A stretch of DNA of 64,000 bases from an uncultured Gammaproteobacteria bacterium (GCA_964592105.1 CAZQBL010000016.1:2560-66559); one strand, 5' to 3'. Counted from the first letter of the stretch, positions 1 through 10,051 are shown. The notes: generated from the sequence alone by a model not told the origin. Translations and numbers: made by a program.

Positions 1-132
1 CGAGAAACATCACGGTTCAGTCTGGTTCGAAAGCATCGAAGGTCGAGGAACAATTTTTTATTTTTCCTTGCCCATTGAGACACCGCGACCGCTCGGCACA
101 CAGTTTGAAAAATTTATTAAGAGTATTTAAAT

Positions 133-837
133 ATGGCTTTTCCTATCAGTGCGTTGATTGATTTTTGCAATAGTATAATCTGCGCTTACTGCAGCTATCA
201 GCTTTACCAATCTTTTAAAAAAGAATCGACCAATAAAATTATCCTATTTTTTTCCCAGGCCTATTTGTCTCTGGTTTTTTCGTATTTGTTTTTTTCTATC
301 CCGCGTTTGGCCGCTCCTGATAATTCATTTGTGGTCGGGGTGAGTTTTATCATCGCCCAAGCCTTTTTGTATGTAGCCTTGGCGTTATTTTCCCGGATTA
401 CGGTTTCATTCAAAAGCGTGGTTTGGTCTAGGCGGGTATTCGCCATACTATTACTGATCGCGTTGGTGGCCATATTTTTGAGCGTGATTTATTTCGGTTA
501 TCCTGAGTACAATTCGGCCACTGGCATTACCAATTGGAATATTAATCCGGTTGTTGGCATGTTTAGTTCCGCAATTTTCGTTGTGGCCCTAGTGCCAAGC
601 GCTTTGTTTTTTTTGTGGCAGGGGGGAAAATCACACGATGCGGCCGTGAAGATACGATCAATTTTGATTGGTTGTGGACTTTTACTTTTGATAATTACAG
701 CGTATACTTACTACACAGCCACTACTTCATTATCCATTCTTGTTTCCGATCTTTTCTCTCTTTTCTCGTATATCGTGATATTCGCGGGAGTAATTTATCG
801 AGGCAAAAAGTCAAATATTATCATAACTAATCAATAA
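133..837 (+). CDS. hypothetical polytopic membrane protein
   Basis: ORF-track protein is almost entirely hydrophobic with about 7 predicted TM segments. It sits directly upstream of a response regulator. No recognisable catalytic motif. Confidence 0.45.
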   Translation: MAFPISALIDFCNSIICAYCSYQLYQSFKKESTNKIILFFSQAYLSLVFSYLFFSIPRLAAPDNSFVVGVSFIIAQAFLYVALALFSRITVSFKSVVWSRRVFAILLLIALVAIFLSVIYFGYPEYNSATGITNWNINPVVGMFSSAIFVVALVPSALFFLWQGGKSHDAAVKIRSILIGCGLLLLIITAYTYYTATTSLSILVSDLFSLFSYIVIFAGVIYRGKKSNIIITNQ

Positions 838-851
838 AATTTAGTGATACT

Positions 852-1685
852 ATGCCAAATAAAACCAAAATAGTGATCATCGAGGACGAGGAAATTTTGA
901 TTGAAGTCCTGTCAAAAAAACTGGAGACGGAAGGTTTTGAAGTGTATTGTGCTCCCGATGGTGAGGCCGGGTTAGAATTAGTGGATAAGGTATCACCCGA
1001 TCTTGTATTGCTAGATATTATCATGCCGCGCTTGAACGGCTATGAAGTCCTGGGCGTCTTGCAAAAAAAATATGGTTCACAAAAGATGCCCCCAGTGATT
1101 ATCATTTCCAACTCTGGCCAGCCAGTGGAAATAGACAAGGCTATCGCTTTAGGCGCCAGAGATTATATTGTGAAGGCGCAATTTACTCCTGAAGAGGTTA
1201 CGGAAAAAGTGCGTAAGGTTTTGGGAACGGTAAACGTTTCGACTCAAGCCAGGTCCGCGGAATCAACAGTTAAAGTCAGGGAACAAAAAACCAATCAGAA
1301 TCCGGAGGCTCACATTTTAGTGGTAGAAGATGATCAGTTTCTGCGCGATCTGTTGACCACCAAGCTGGAAAAAGAAAATTTTCAGGTAACCAGCGCTATT
1401 GACGGACCAGCCGGATTGGAGAAAATTATCAAAGAGCGCCCTGAGGTTGTGCTGTTGGATATTATTTTGCCGGGTATCGACGGTTTTGAGGTATTGAAAC
1501 GGATACGTTCAAATTCCAATATGCAATTAGCCAGCTTGCCCATAATCCTGTTGTCCAACCTCGGTCAGGAAGCTGATATCGAAAAAGGTCGGGCTTTGGG
1601 GGCCAATGACTATTTGATAAAATCGAATTTCACTATTGACGAGATAATAGAAAAAGTCAGAAAAATATTGAATACGAAAAAATAG
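852..1685 (+). CDS. response regulator with two tandem receiver (REC) domains and no output domain
   Basis: Two CheY-like modules: IVIIEDEE...LVLLDIIMP...KAIALGARDYIVK and ILVVEDDQ...VVLLDIILPGIDGFEV...ALGANDYLIK. Each carries the conserved acidic pocket, phospho-Asp and Lys. Confidence 0.8.
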   Translation: MPNKTKIVIIEDEEILIEVLSKKLETEGFEVYCAPDGEAGLELVDKVSPDLVLLDIIMPRLNGYEVLGVLQKKYGSQKMPPVIIISNSGQPVEIDKAIALGARDYIVKAQFTPEEVTEKVRKVLGTVNVSTQARSAESTVKVREQKTNQNPEAHILVVEDDQFLRDLLTTKLEKENFQVTSAIDGPAGLEKIIKERPEVVLLDIILPGIDGFEVLKRIRSNSNMQLASLPIILLSNLGQEADIEKGRALGANDYLIKSNFTIDEIIEKVRKILNTKK

Positions 1686-1757
1686 CTTGGGAAACTATTA
1701 AGGCCCCAAATAACGTCAATTTTTTTGAAATTTAGGCTTTTTAAGTTCGGCAGCTGC

Positions 1758-3062
1758 TTACAAGTAAGTTAGCGGATTCACTTTTTTTCCGTTGACGATG
1801 ACCTCAAAATGCAGATGTGTGCCGGTGCACCAACCTGTGCAGCCGACGATGCCGATAGTCTGTCCCCGTTTGACGGAATCCCCGACCCTCACAAAGATTT
1901 TACTGGCATGGGCGTAAAGTGTTTTTATGCCGCTACCGTTATTAACGACAATATGCAGACCATAGCCCCGCGCTTTGCTGTCGGCTCTTTCTACACGGCC
2001 GTCATCGGCAGCGTAAATGGGCGAAGAGTAGTTTCCGTCAATATCCAAACCGGTATGTCGGAGTTTGTAGTACTGATTTATTTTGTGACTGGTAGTCGGC
2101 CACAGCAAGCGTGAACCTGAATCAGTTCGACTGGGTGGCGGAGCGTCCAAAATGCTTAAAATAGCAAATTTTGAGCTATTTGAAGAAATCTGAGGCTTTG
2201 GTTCTTCCGGCATCGAGCCGCCTGGAATAATGAGAATTTGGTCTTGGTTAATGGCTGAAGCATCAGCCAGTTTATTGTAATCCATGATGGTGGCCACCTG
2301 GACTCCGTATTTTTGAGCAATTTTATCCAGGGTGTCGCCCTTTTTTACTTGGTGGGAGACTCCTGACTGAGGCAGAATAGTTAGCCGGTCGCCTGGTTTA
2401 ATATAGTCGCGAGGCCCCAGTTTGTTTTCCCAAAGAATCGTATTTGTCGAGATGCCGAATTTTTCGGCGATAGCGCTGATGGTATCCCCGCCCTGGACAA
2501 TGTAGTATTCCACTGACTCTCGGGGTCTGTTTCCTAAGGTGGTACTGGCTAATTCCGGTTTGACCAAGGAACCGCTGCTCTCGGAGGTGATGATACTTGT
2601 ATTTTCATCGGAAAGAGCCGTAATCATGCTCTGGGTCCCGTCAGTGGCTTTGAGCATAGCCAAACCCCGATTTGTAGCCGCTTTTTTGACTTCGTCGATT
2701 GCCGTTTCTGTAATTGTTTTATCGTAAGGATCCATGGTCAGTGAGGCGATAATAGTATTTTGTTCGAATCCCTCAGCACGAATCTCCCGAACATGGATAT
2801 TGTTTATTACTACGCCCACGGTAATGATAATAATGATAATGTGAATGGTCGATTTGTTCAGTAAGGGGTAAATTATTTTATTTTTAGCCGGAGCGAAAAT
2901 AAGAGTCAGCCATTTTTTTAGATTGAAGTAAACTTTATAAAGCGGCACCAGTAACTTTCTAAAGATAAAAATTCCTGCCAGTGTTGAAGGCTTGAGAACT
3001 GCCAGGGAAAAAAGTTGCCCCAAGGATTTTCCGATGAAGGCGCAAAAGTTTAGAAATTTCAA
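1758..3062 (-). CDS. LysM-domain M23 family metallopeptidase (peptidoglycan endopeptidase)
   Basis: Two LysM repeats: YIVQGGDTISAIAEKFGIS and HQVKKGDTLDKIAQKYGV. The C-terminal M23 signature is GLDIDG...GYGLHIVVNNGSGIKTLYAH...GCTGWCTGTHLHFEV. An N-terminal TM anchor is present. Confidence 0.85.
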   Translation of the reverse strand: MKFLNFCAFIGKSLGQLFSLAVLKPSTLAGIFIFRKLLVPLYKVYFNLKKWLTLIFAPAKNKIIYPLLNKSTIHIIIIIITVGVVINNIHVREIRAEGFEQNTIIASLTMDPYDKTITETAIDEVKKAATNRGLAMLKATDGTQSMITALSDENTSIITSESSGSLVKPELASTTLGNRPRESVEYYIVQGGDTISAIAEKFGISTNTILWENKLGPRDYIKPGDRLTILPQSGVSHQVKKGDTLDKIAQKYGVQVATIMDYNKLADASAINQDQILIIPGGSMPEEPKPQISSNSSKFAILSILDAPPPSRTDSGSRLLWPTTSHKINQYYKLRHTGLDIDGNYSSPIYAADDGRVERADSKARGYGLHIVVNNGSGIKTLYAHASKIFVRVGDSVKRGQTIGIVGCTGWCTGTHLHFEVIVNGKKVNPLTYL

Positions 3063-3282
3063 TAGGGCTTCTAGAATAATCTTTTTTGCTCGCCAGCTAA
3101 TAAGGTTATTCTTAGTTAGTTAAGCTTATTTTTAGGCTAAACTTGGTAAAAACGTAAATGAAAAAAAGATCAGCAATTATCATACCATGGGCCGAAGCCC
3201 TTGTCAATTATGTGGAGATTAATTTGTTTTTGGTCCGGTTGTATTGAATTTGCTAAGTAAAAATGATAAGCTTTAGCTAACT

Positions 3283-6200
3283 ATGATTGAAAAATATAAT
3301 CATTTGTCATTGGAAAAAAAGTGGCAAAAGGTCTGGGAGAAAAGTCGCTCGTGGAAAGTTACAGAGCTAAAAACTGCAAAAAAGTTTTATGTTCTAGATA
3401 TGTTCCCCTATCCTTCGGCCGAAGGATTGCACGTCGGTCATCCAGAAGGTTATACGGCCACCGACATTGTTTCTCGTTTTTTGCGCCTTAAGGGTTATAA
3501 TGTTTTGCATCCTATGGGCTGGGACGCTTTTGGTTTGCCGGCGGAGAATTACGCCATTAAAACCGGTATTCATCCTAAAGAGATAACCAAGAAAAATATC
3601 AAGAATTTCAAGCGACAGATAAAGTCTCTGGGGTTTTCTTACGACTGGTCGCGGGAAATTAATACCACTGACCCCGAATACTATAAATGGACGCAGTGGA
3701 TTTTTTTGCAGATGTATAAGAAAGGTCTGGCTTATGAAGCGGTGGTGCCTATTAATTGGTGCCCGTCATGTAAAACAGGTCTAGCTAATGAAGAGGTGGT
3801 CAGCGGCCAGTGCGAGCGATGCGGCACGGCGGTGGTCAAGAAAGATATGCGCCAGTGGATGTTACGCATTACAAAATATGCGGATAGGCTCTTAGCCGGA
3901 TTGGATAATCTGGACTGGCCGGAGCCGATAAAATTATTGCAACGAAATTGGATCGGCCGCAGTGAAGGGGTGATAGTTAGTTTTTCTGTTATGGCGAGTC
4001 CCGTAATTCAGCGGGGCAATCCCCGCGAAGTGATCTCGTCTAGAAAGGGGATTAAAACTGAGATTGACATGTCGTCCCACCGGGCCGGGTCTCCTTGCAA
4101 TGGCACCTTTGGAGTTATTGAAGTTTTTACTACCCGGGTAGACACTTTGTTCGGTGTGACCTATTTGGTGTTAGCTCCGGAGCATCCTATAGTGGCGCGT
4201 AGCGCGTCGCAATTGGTCAATCGCTCAGAGGTGGAAAAATACGTTGCCCAGGCAAAAAGCAAATCCGATTTGGAAAGGACTTCATTGGCAAAAGACAAAA
4301 CCGGAGTTGAATTAAAAGGTCTTCATGCCATTAATCCGGGAACCGGCAAGAAGATCCCAATCTGGGTGTCTGATTATGTGTTGATTTCGTATGGCACCGG
4401 AGCGGTTATGGCCGTACCCGCGCATGATATTAGAGATTTTCAATTTGCGAATGAGCAGATTAAGAAGGGCGCAAAAATAGAAATAAAGAATGTTATTGCC
4501 CCGAAATCATCAAAAAGTTTAAATCCAGCCAATATATTTAATTTTACCCTTCGTTCCCATCAGCCAAGTGGAGGAAGGGAATGGGACGAAGAAATCGAAT
4601 ACCAGGAACTTTTAAACGGAAAAAGGTGTTATATCGGAGGTGGTATACTTAGAAATTCCGAAACTTATAATGGCTTGTCTTCTGAGGAAGGCGGTAAAAA
4701 AATTACCGAATGGCTTGAAAAAAATAATATCGGTAGAAAATCAGTTAATTATAAACTTCGCGACTGGGTTTTTTCTCGCCAGCGGTATTGGGGCGAGCCG
4801 ATACCTCTCGTGCATTGTGACTACTGTAAAAAGGAAGTCACCGAGACAAAACATTATTTGAATTTTTACGACCAGGAAATGTGGAGATTGCTGAAAAGTG
4901 GTGTTAAAACAGTGGAAACACGCGCTCTAAACCCGGATGAACAGGCGAGATTTTTTGGTCGGATAAAAAGCGGTGACTATATCAAGTGTATAAATAAGAT
5001 AAGTGAGGAGGTTTTATTTGTCAAAGTTATTGAGAGTCGAACTTTTAAAAATTTGAAAGAATTTTTTGGCGCAACCGATCTGATTAGTGGTGTTAAAGGC
5101 ACAGTTTTTAACACTTATGAAGAATTATTTGGTTTTTACCAGCGGCTTGCTCCTGATTATGAGAAGAAAATCGAAAAGAACGGTTTAATTGCCTGGCGGA
5201 TTCAAGTTTTAACCCCGGGCGTAGTGCCAGTTCCGGAGGATCAATTGCCTGTAAAATTACCCGATGTAAAAAAATACGAGCCAACCGGCACAGGCGAGTC
5301 GCCGCTGGCCACTATTGAAGATTGGGTCAAGGTGAGGTGTCCAAAATGTAAAAAGGAGGCTAGGCGTGAGACTAATACTATGCCTCAATGGGCCGGTTCG
5401 TGCTGGTATTATCTGCGCTATTTGGATCCGACCAATAAAAAAGAATTGGTTAGTCCGTCCAAGGAGAAATACTGGATGGGTAAAAACGGCATCGATTTAT
5501 ACGTGGGCGGGGCGGAACATGCTGTTCTACACCTTTTGTACGCGAGATTTTGGCACATGTTTCTTTTTGATCTTGGCGTGGTTTCGACACCAGAGCCGTT
5601 TTGCAAGTTAAGGAATCAGGGCATGATTTTGGGTGAAGATGGTCAAAAAATGTCCAAGTCGCGCGGCAATGTCATCAATCCCGACGAGGTGATTAAGGAA
5701 TTCGGAGCAGACAGCATGCGTATGTACGAAATGTTCATGGGGCCGTTTGCTGCGGTTAAACCATGGTCTCAGCAGGGTATTCGGGGCGTATATCGGTTTT
5801 TACAACGCGTTTGGCAATTACAGGATAAAGTCAAGGGGATCAGCTGTCCTTTACCGTTGGAGAAATTGCGACATAGGCTTATTAAAAAAATAACTAAAGA
5901 CATTGAAACTTATAATTTCAATACCGCGGTCAGCACCTTCATGGAGACGGTTAATATGATAGCCAAGGAAGAGTTTGTGCCCAAAGTTTTTTGGAGAACT
6001 TTTTTGATATTACTCAAACCATTTGCTCCACACCTAGCTGAGGAGTTGTGGTCGCGCCTGGGGCATGAAAAAAACATAACTGTTGAACGCTGGCCGAATT
6101 ATAATGAGGCCTTGATTAAGGAGGATAAAGTTGAACTGATTGTTCAGGTCAATGGCAAGCTTCGCGATAGAATAAAAGTCCCCGCCTCAAGTCAGGCCGA

Positions 6201-6309
6201 GGAAGTAAAAAAAATAGCTCTGACATCAGAAAAAATAAAAAAATACGTATCCGGCGAACCGAAAAAAGTAATTTTCGTACCAAACAGGCTGATTAATTTC
6301 GTTGTTTAG
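3283..6309 (+). CDS. leuS: leucyl-tRNA synthetase
   Basis: Class I HIGH motif (GLHVGHPEGY) and KMSKS motif (QKMSKSRGN). A CP1 editing block (TTRVDT...YGTGAVMAVPAHD) and Zn-finger blocks are present. The protein is 1008 aa and carries extra insertions, described in findings. Confidence 0.95.
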   Translation: MIEKYNHLSLEKKWQKVWEKSRSWKVTELKTAKKFYVLDMFPYPSAEGLHVGHPEGYTATDIVSRFLRLKGYNVLHPMGWDAFGLPAENYAIKTGIHPKEITKKNIKNFKRQIKSLGFSYDWSREINTTDPEYYKWTQWIFLQMYKKGLAYEAVVPINWCPSCKTGLANEEVVSGQCERCGTAVVKKDMRQWMLRITKYADRLLAGLDNLDWPEPIKLLQRNWIGRSEGVIVSFSVMASPVIQRGNPREVISSRKGIKTEIDMSSHRAGSPCNGTFGVIEVFTTRVDTLFGVTYLVLAPEHPIVARSASQLVNRSEVEKYVAQAKSKSDLERTSLAKDKTGVELKGLHAINPGTGKKIPIWVSDYVLISYGTGAVMAVPAHDIRDFQFANEQIKKGAKIEIKNVIAPKSSKSLNPANIFNFTLRSHQPSGGREWDEEIEYQELLNGKRCYIGGGILRNSETYNGLSSEEGGKKITEWLEKNNIGRKSVNYKLRDWVFSRQRYWGEPIPLVHCDYCKKEVTETKHYLNFYDQEMWRLLKSGVKTVETRALNPDEQARFFGRIKSGDYIKCINKISEEVLFVKVIESRTFKNLKEFFGATDLISGVKGTVFNTYEELFGFYQRLAPDYEKKIEKNGLIAWRIQVLTPGVVPVPEDQLPVKLPDVKKYEPTGTGESPLATIEDWVKVRCPKCKKEARRETNTMPQWAGSCWYYLRYLDPTNKKELVSPSKEKYWMGKNGIDLYVGGAEHAVLHLLYARFWHMFLFDLGVVSTPEPFCKLRNQGMILGEDGQKMSKSRGNVINPDEVIKEFGADSMRMYEMFMGPFAAVKPWSQQGIRGVYRFLQRVWQLQDKVKGISCPLPLEKLRHRLIKKITKDIETYNFNTAVSTFMETVNMIAKEEFVPKVFWRTFLILLKPFAPHLAEELWSRLGHEKNITVERWPNYNEALIKEDKVELIVQVNGKLRDRIKVPASSQAEEVKKIALTSEKIKKYVSGEPKKVIFVPNRLINFVV

Positions 6310-6488
6310 TTGTCGAGATATCGCCTAAATGAATTTTTAATTCACGAATCGACACTAATTAGATTTTAATTGGTAAGTAAGTCATAAATAAGTGTTGCTG
6401 TCTCGCCCCCTAATTCCCCGAATTTAATTTAAAGTTAGATTGGGAGGGGCAGCAAGACAATAGATTAATGGATGCTTAATAAAAAAAC

Positions 6489-6959
6489 ATGGTTCCTAAA
6501 ACACAAATAATTTACAATTACGATTACGCTAAACGACTTTATCGTGGTCAGGAAAATTTTGAGTATGTCTGGCAGAGGATAATCGACCTTGGTGGGGATT
6601 TTGAAAAAATATACGATGAATACATAATTTTTTTGCTAGAGAAAGTGGAAAAATATACTGGTTTTGTTTGGGCAGAGATGACTCCTGATTTTTTACCTAT
6701 TTATATGGCCGACTGCGAAACTTCTTTCACGCCGCCACTGACCCTGACTGTTGATGAAAATCCGGCGGCCATGTTGGAGGACTTAATTTATCAGCTGGTA
6801 CACCAGAATATGTCGTTTGGTTTCATAAACGAAGAAGAGCGGAATAAATGTTATTCTCTGGTGACTGACAGAATAATGTTCGATTTGGGTTTAAAGGAAA
6901 AAGGAAACGAGGAATGGGATTTGACTAAAAAGACAATTAAAGAGTATTTGAAAAAATAA
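6489..6959 (+). CDS. hypothetical acidic cytoplasmic protein
   Basis: Intact 156-aa ORF with coding-like composition. It lies 5 nt upstream of tsaC, so it is likely co-transcribed. No recognisable motif. Confidence 0.4.
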   Translation: MVPKTQIIYNYDYAKRLYRGQENFEYVWQRIIDLGGDFEKIYDEYIIFLLEKVEKYTGFVWAEMTPDFLPIYMADCETSFTPPLTLTVDENPAAMLEDLIYQLVHQNMSFGFINEEERNKCYSLVTDRIMFDLGLKEKGNEEWDLTKKTIKEYLKK

Positions 6960-6964
6960 GAATT

Positions 6965-7588
6965 ATGGAAATCGTAAAAATCAATCTGCATAAGCCGGAA
7001 TTGAGCGTCATTAAACAAGCGGCCGGGATTATTTTAGCGGGCGGCGTGGTGGCTTATCCGACTGATACGGCTTATGGTTTGGCAGCAGACGCTCTTAATG
7101 AAGAGGCGATCGGCAAGCTGTTTATTATTAAACATCGGATCCAAAAGCCATTACCGGTGATTGTCGATTCTCTAAAAATGTTGGCCCAGATAGCACAGGT
7201 CACGGATAAGGAAAAAAGTCTGATCAGCAAGCACTGGCCCGGGCCATTGACTATAATTTTTAAAAAAAAGGACTGTGTGCCGTCATTTTTGACACTGGGA
7301 CTTCCGACCATCGGCGTCCGCATACCCGATAGTAAAGTGGCCATGGCGATTATAAAAACCTGCAACAAACCCTTGACCTCGACAAGCGCTAATATTTCCG
7401 GTCGGGGAAATTGTTATACCACCGAATGTGTACTCCATATGTTCCAAGACCAGGAGACTCAGCCGGATTTGCTGCTGGACGCTGGTGAGTTGCCGGAGGT
7501 GCCGGTTTCGACGGTGGTCCAGGTTACGGATAAGGGACCAAAAGTTTTGCGTCAAGGACCGGTTAAAATAAAACAGCATGTTAAATAA
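6965..7588 (+). CDS. tsaC: L-threonylcarbamoyladenylate synthase (YrdC/Sua5 family, TsaC type)
   Basis: YrdC signature ILAGGVVAYPTDTAYGLAADALNEEAIGKLFIIKHR..KPLPVIV and STSANISG. At 207 aa it is the single-domain TsaC type rather than Sua5. Confidence 0.8.
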   Translation: MEIVKINLHKPELSVIKQAAGIILAGGVVAYPTDTAYGLAADALNEEAIGKLFIIKHRIQKPLPVIVDSLKMLAQIAQVTDKEKSLISKHWPGPLTIIFKKKDCVPSFLTLGLPTIGVRIPDSKVAMAIIKTCNKPLTSTSANISGRGNCYTTECVLHMFQDQETQPDLLLDAGELPEVPVSTVVQVTDKGPKVLRQGPVKIKQHVK

Positions 7589-8756
7589 ATTTAAATCTAT
7601 TGTTCATATTCCCCACTATTTTGCCAAACACCCATCTCGCGCTTTGGTGGAGTTGTATTGGGCCGTGGGCATGAATGATTTAGCTCGAGCATCCGTATCG
7701 TTGTTTGAGCCCATTTATCTTTATACCATTGGTTACTCGGTCAAGCAGATAATATTTTTTTATTTATTAGTTTATAGTGGCTATGGGTTGCTCCTGCCAT
7801 TTTTTGGTAAATTGGTTGGGCGCTTGGGATTTGAGCATTCGATTTTTTATAGTCAATTTTTTCAAATCGGTTATTATTTGACACTTTTTGGAATTTCCAA
7901 ATTCAGCTTTCTGTTTTTTGTTTCGCCTTTCGTTTTTTCCGTCCAGAAATGTCTTTATTGGCCCGCTTATCATGCTGATTTTGCAGTTTTTTCCTCGGAT
8001 GAGCAGCGCGGTCGTGAAGTGGGCGGCGTGGAAACCTTGAGCATGATAATGTTTATTGTTGGTCCGTTTATCGGCGGCGTCATTCTGGAATTGACCAATT
8101 TCAGCGTATTATTTGTCGTGGTGGCCGGACTTTTTATTCTTTCGGCTTTGCCGCTCTTGCGCATTAAGGAGGTGCACGATCGCGTGGAATTCTCTTACAG
8201 CGATGTTTTTAAGCAGTTGATTGATTCAAAACACCGCCGCAATTTCTTGGCTTATCTGGGGTTTGGTGAAGAGCTGATCGTCCTGTCGCTCTGGCCGATA
8301 TTCATTTACGTAGTTATTAAAGATTACTTGGATATTGGGGCGGTAGTGGCGCTGGCTACTTTAATCACCAGCTTTATTGTTTTGTATTTAGGGCGTTTGG
8401 CCGATAAATACAAAAAGGAACACATTATCCGTTGGGGCAGTGTTTTTTATTCCCTCGTTTGGTTATTGCGCACCATGGCTAGCAGCACTTGGCATGTTTT
8501 TGGGCTGGATACATCTTCACGTATTGCCAAGGAGGCCCTGATTGTACCGTTGGTGGCTACAACATACAGTAATGCTAGAAAAACAGAAGTACTTTCCTAT
8601 GTGGTTTTTTATGAGCAGTCGATTGCCATTACCAAATTTTTTACGGCAGCGTTGTTGCTTTCGATACTGCAGTTTGTTAGCACTCCCTGGACCGCGATTT
8701 TCGCAGTAGCCGCGGTTTTTTCGTTATTATATATGTTATTGAAAGAGAATGTATAA
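7578..8756 (+). CDS. MFS-type transporter
   Basis: About 12 predicted TM helices. An MFS motif-A-like loop GKLVGRLGFE sits between TM2 and TM3. The start overlaps the tsaC stop by 11 nt. Confidence 0.55.
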   Translation: MLNKFKSIVHIPHYFAKHPSRALVELYWAVGMNDLARASVSLFEPIYLYTIGYSVKQIIFFYLLVYSGYGLLLPFFGKLVGRLGFEHSIFYSQFFQIGYYLTLFGISKFSFLFFVSPFVFSVQKCLYWPAYHADFAVFSSDEQRGREVGGVETLSMIMFIVGPFIGGVILELTNFSVLFVVVAGLFILSALPLLRIKEVHDRVEFSYSDVFKQLIDSKHRRNFLAYLGFGEELIVLSLWPIFIYVVIKDYLDIGAVVALATLITSFIVLYLGRLADKYKKEHIIRWGSVFYSLVWLLRTMASSTWHVFGLDTSSRIAKEALIVPLVATTYSNARKTEVLSYVVFYEQSIAITKFFTAALLLSILQFVSTPWTAIFAVAAVFSLLYMLLKENV

Positions 8757-8769
8757 TGAATAATTTATA

Positions 8770-9087
8770 ATGTATAATTTTAAGAAATATCAGGATTTGG
8801 ACATCTGGAAAAAATTTTTTGTATTTGGGTTAATGATATTTAGTTTGTGTAAGAAAATTGATCATAATGCGATTAATAAAGTATTGATCAATCAGATAAT
8901 CAGATCAGTTACCTCTATTGCCGGTAATATCGCCGAGGGATCAAGCGCGTTGATCAGGAGGAATTTTATCAATTATTTGATAACGCTTCGTAAATCCGCC
9001 ATTGGACCGATAACTGGCCTGATTTTTACTTTTGCTAATAATAAAATTTGGAGAAAATCTCAAGCATTACTAAAACTAAAATCATAG
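8770..9087 (+). CDS. four-helix-bundle protein (23S rRNA intervening-sequence protein family)
   Basis: The N-terminal FKKYQDLDIWKK matches the family F.dL.vWqka start. The internal SIAGNIAEGSS...NFINYL matches the family SIPSNIAEG...EFIQFL signature. At 105 aa it is somewhat divergent. Confidence 0.45.
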   Translation: MYNFKKYQDLDIWKKFFVFGLMIFSLCKKIDHNAINKVLINQIIRSVTSIAGNIAEGSSALIRRNFINYLITLRKSAIGPITGLIFTFANNKIWRKSQALLKLKS

Positions 9088-9130
9088 GAAATAATTAAAA
9101 TTTCGCCACGATTATAGAGAATTCTAGAGA

Positions 9131-9169
9131 ATAATTATACATTATTCATTATAAATTATATATTGCTTA
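9131..9169 (+). promoter_or_regulatory. conserved AT-rich upstream motif ATAATTATACATTATTCATTATAAATTA immediately 5' of rsmA start
   Basis: A near-identical motif recurs at 25497-25535 (before the VirB4-N ORF) and at 62836-62861 (before pilM). In each case it ends 10-25 nt before the start codon and no GGAGG-type SD is present. Confidence 0.35.
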
Positions 9170-10051
9170 ATGAATCTCGTTTCTCGTCAGACAATCGAAA
9201 TGTTGTGTAGGAAATATAATTTTTGGCCGCGACGGGAGTCTGGCCAGAATTTTTTGATTTCAGAAAAAGTTCTATATTCAATCGTTGAGACGGCCCAGTT
9301 GAATTCGGCTGATACTGTTTTGGAGATAGGTGGCGGATTTGGAGCGTTGACCAGCGAACTCATCAGTAGGGCAGGTTCGGTGATAACAGTTGAGCTTGAT
9401 AAGCGCCTGTCTGCCGCTCTGAAGAAAATTGCCGGTGTTAGCCGCAACCTGAAAATAATAGAGGGTGATGTTTTCAAACAGTGGCCGGTAATCAGCCGCC
9501 AGTTGGTCAATAAAAAATACAAGTTAGTCGCAAACTTGCCGTATAATATCACTTCATTGGTGCTGCGGAATTTTTTAGAAAATAAACCCAAGCCAAGCAC
9601 CATGATCCTGTTGGTTCAGAAGGAGGTGGCCGAGCGGGTCACGGCCGACCCGGGAGAAATGAGTCTACTATCAGTGGCGGTGCAGTTTTTCGGCCGGCCG
9701 GAGATTATTTCCTTAGTTTCCAGGGAGAATTTTTGGCCTCAACCAGAAGTTGATTCAGCAATTTTGAAAATCAGCGAGATTGACGATGATGCGTTCGGCT
9801 ACCAAAAGATGCTTGGAGCAATTCCAGTGAAAAAGTTTTTCAGTGTGGTCAAAATCGGTTTTTCGGCCAAGCGGAAACAGCTGCACAATAACTTGTCAGC
9901 CGGTTTTCGGCGCGATAACACGGAAATAGAGAGAATATTGAGTCTGGCCAGGATCAAAAACAAAGCCCGGGCTCAGGATTTAAGCCTGGAAAATTGGATA
10001 GAGATCGCCATTCGGCTGGATAAAAAACATGATTTTTTCAGTTTGACATAA
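9170..10051 (+). CDS. rsmA: 16S rRNA (adenine1518/1519-N6)-dimethyltransferase
   Basis: GQNFLISEKV, the SAM-binding VLEIGGGFGALT and the NLPYNITS motif, all typical of KsgA/RsmA. Confidence 0.9.
   Translation: MNLVSRQTIEMLCRKYNFWPRRESGQNFLISEKVLYSIVETAQLNSADTVLEIGGGFGALTSELISRAGSVITVELDKRLSAALKKIAGVSRNLKIIEGDVFKQWPVISRQLVNKKYKLVANLPYNITSLVLRNFLENKPKPSTMILLVQKEVAERVTADPGEMSLLSVAVQFFGRPEIISLVSRENFWPQPEVDSAILKISEIDDDAFGYQKMLGAIPVKKFFSVVKIGFSAKRKQLHNNLSAGFRRDNTEIERILSLARIKNKARAQDLSLENWIEIAIRLDKKHDFFSLT

Noticed and set aside
1809-2114. Antisense or overlapping ORFs from the six-frame track, including 1809-2114 (+), 12574-13041 (-), 15390-15762 (-), 21642-22181 (-), 24382-25038 (-), 35811-36308 (+), 40879-42100 (+), 48796-49686 (-), 57773-58219 (-) and many 60-140 aa others.
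   Set aside because: Each lies wholly inside a long, motif-supported CDS on the opposite strand or in another frame. Their products are low-complexity or Arg/Pro-rich, typical of shadow ORFs.
6310-6488. Imperfect inverted repeat TGTCTCGCCCC...GGGGCAGCAAGACA downstream of leuS.
   Set aside because: The stem is interrupted and the loop is over 40 nt. It is possibly a terminator, but no U-run follows. Not supportable.
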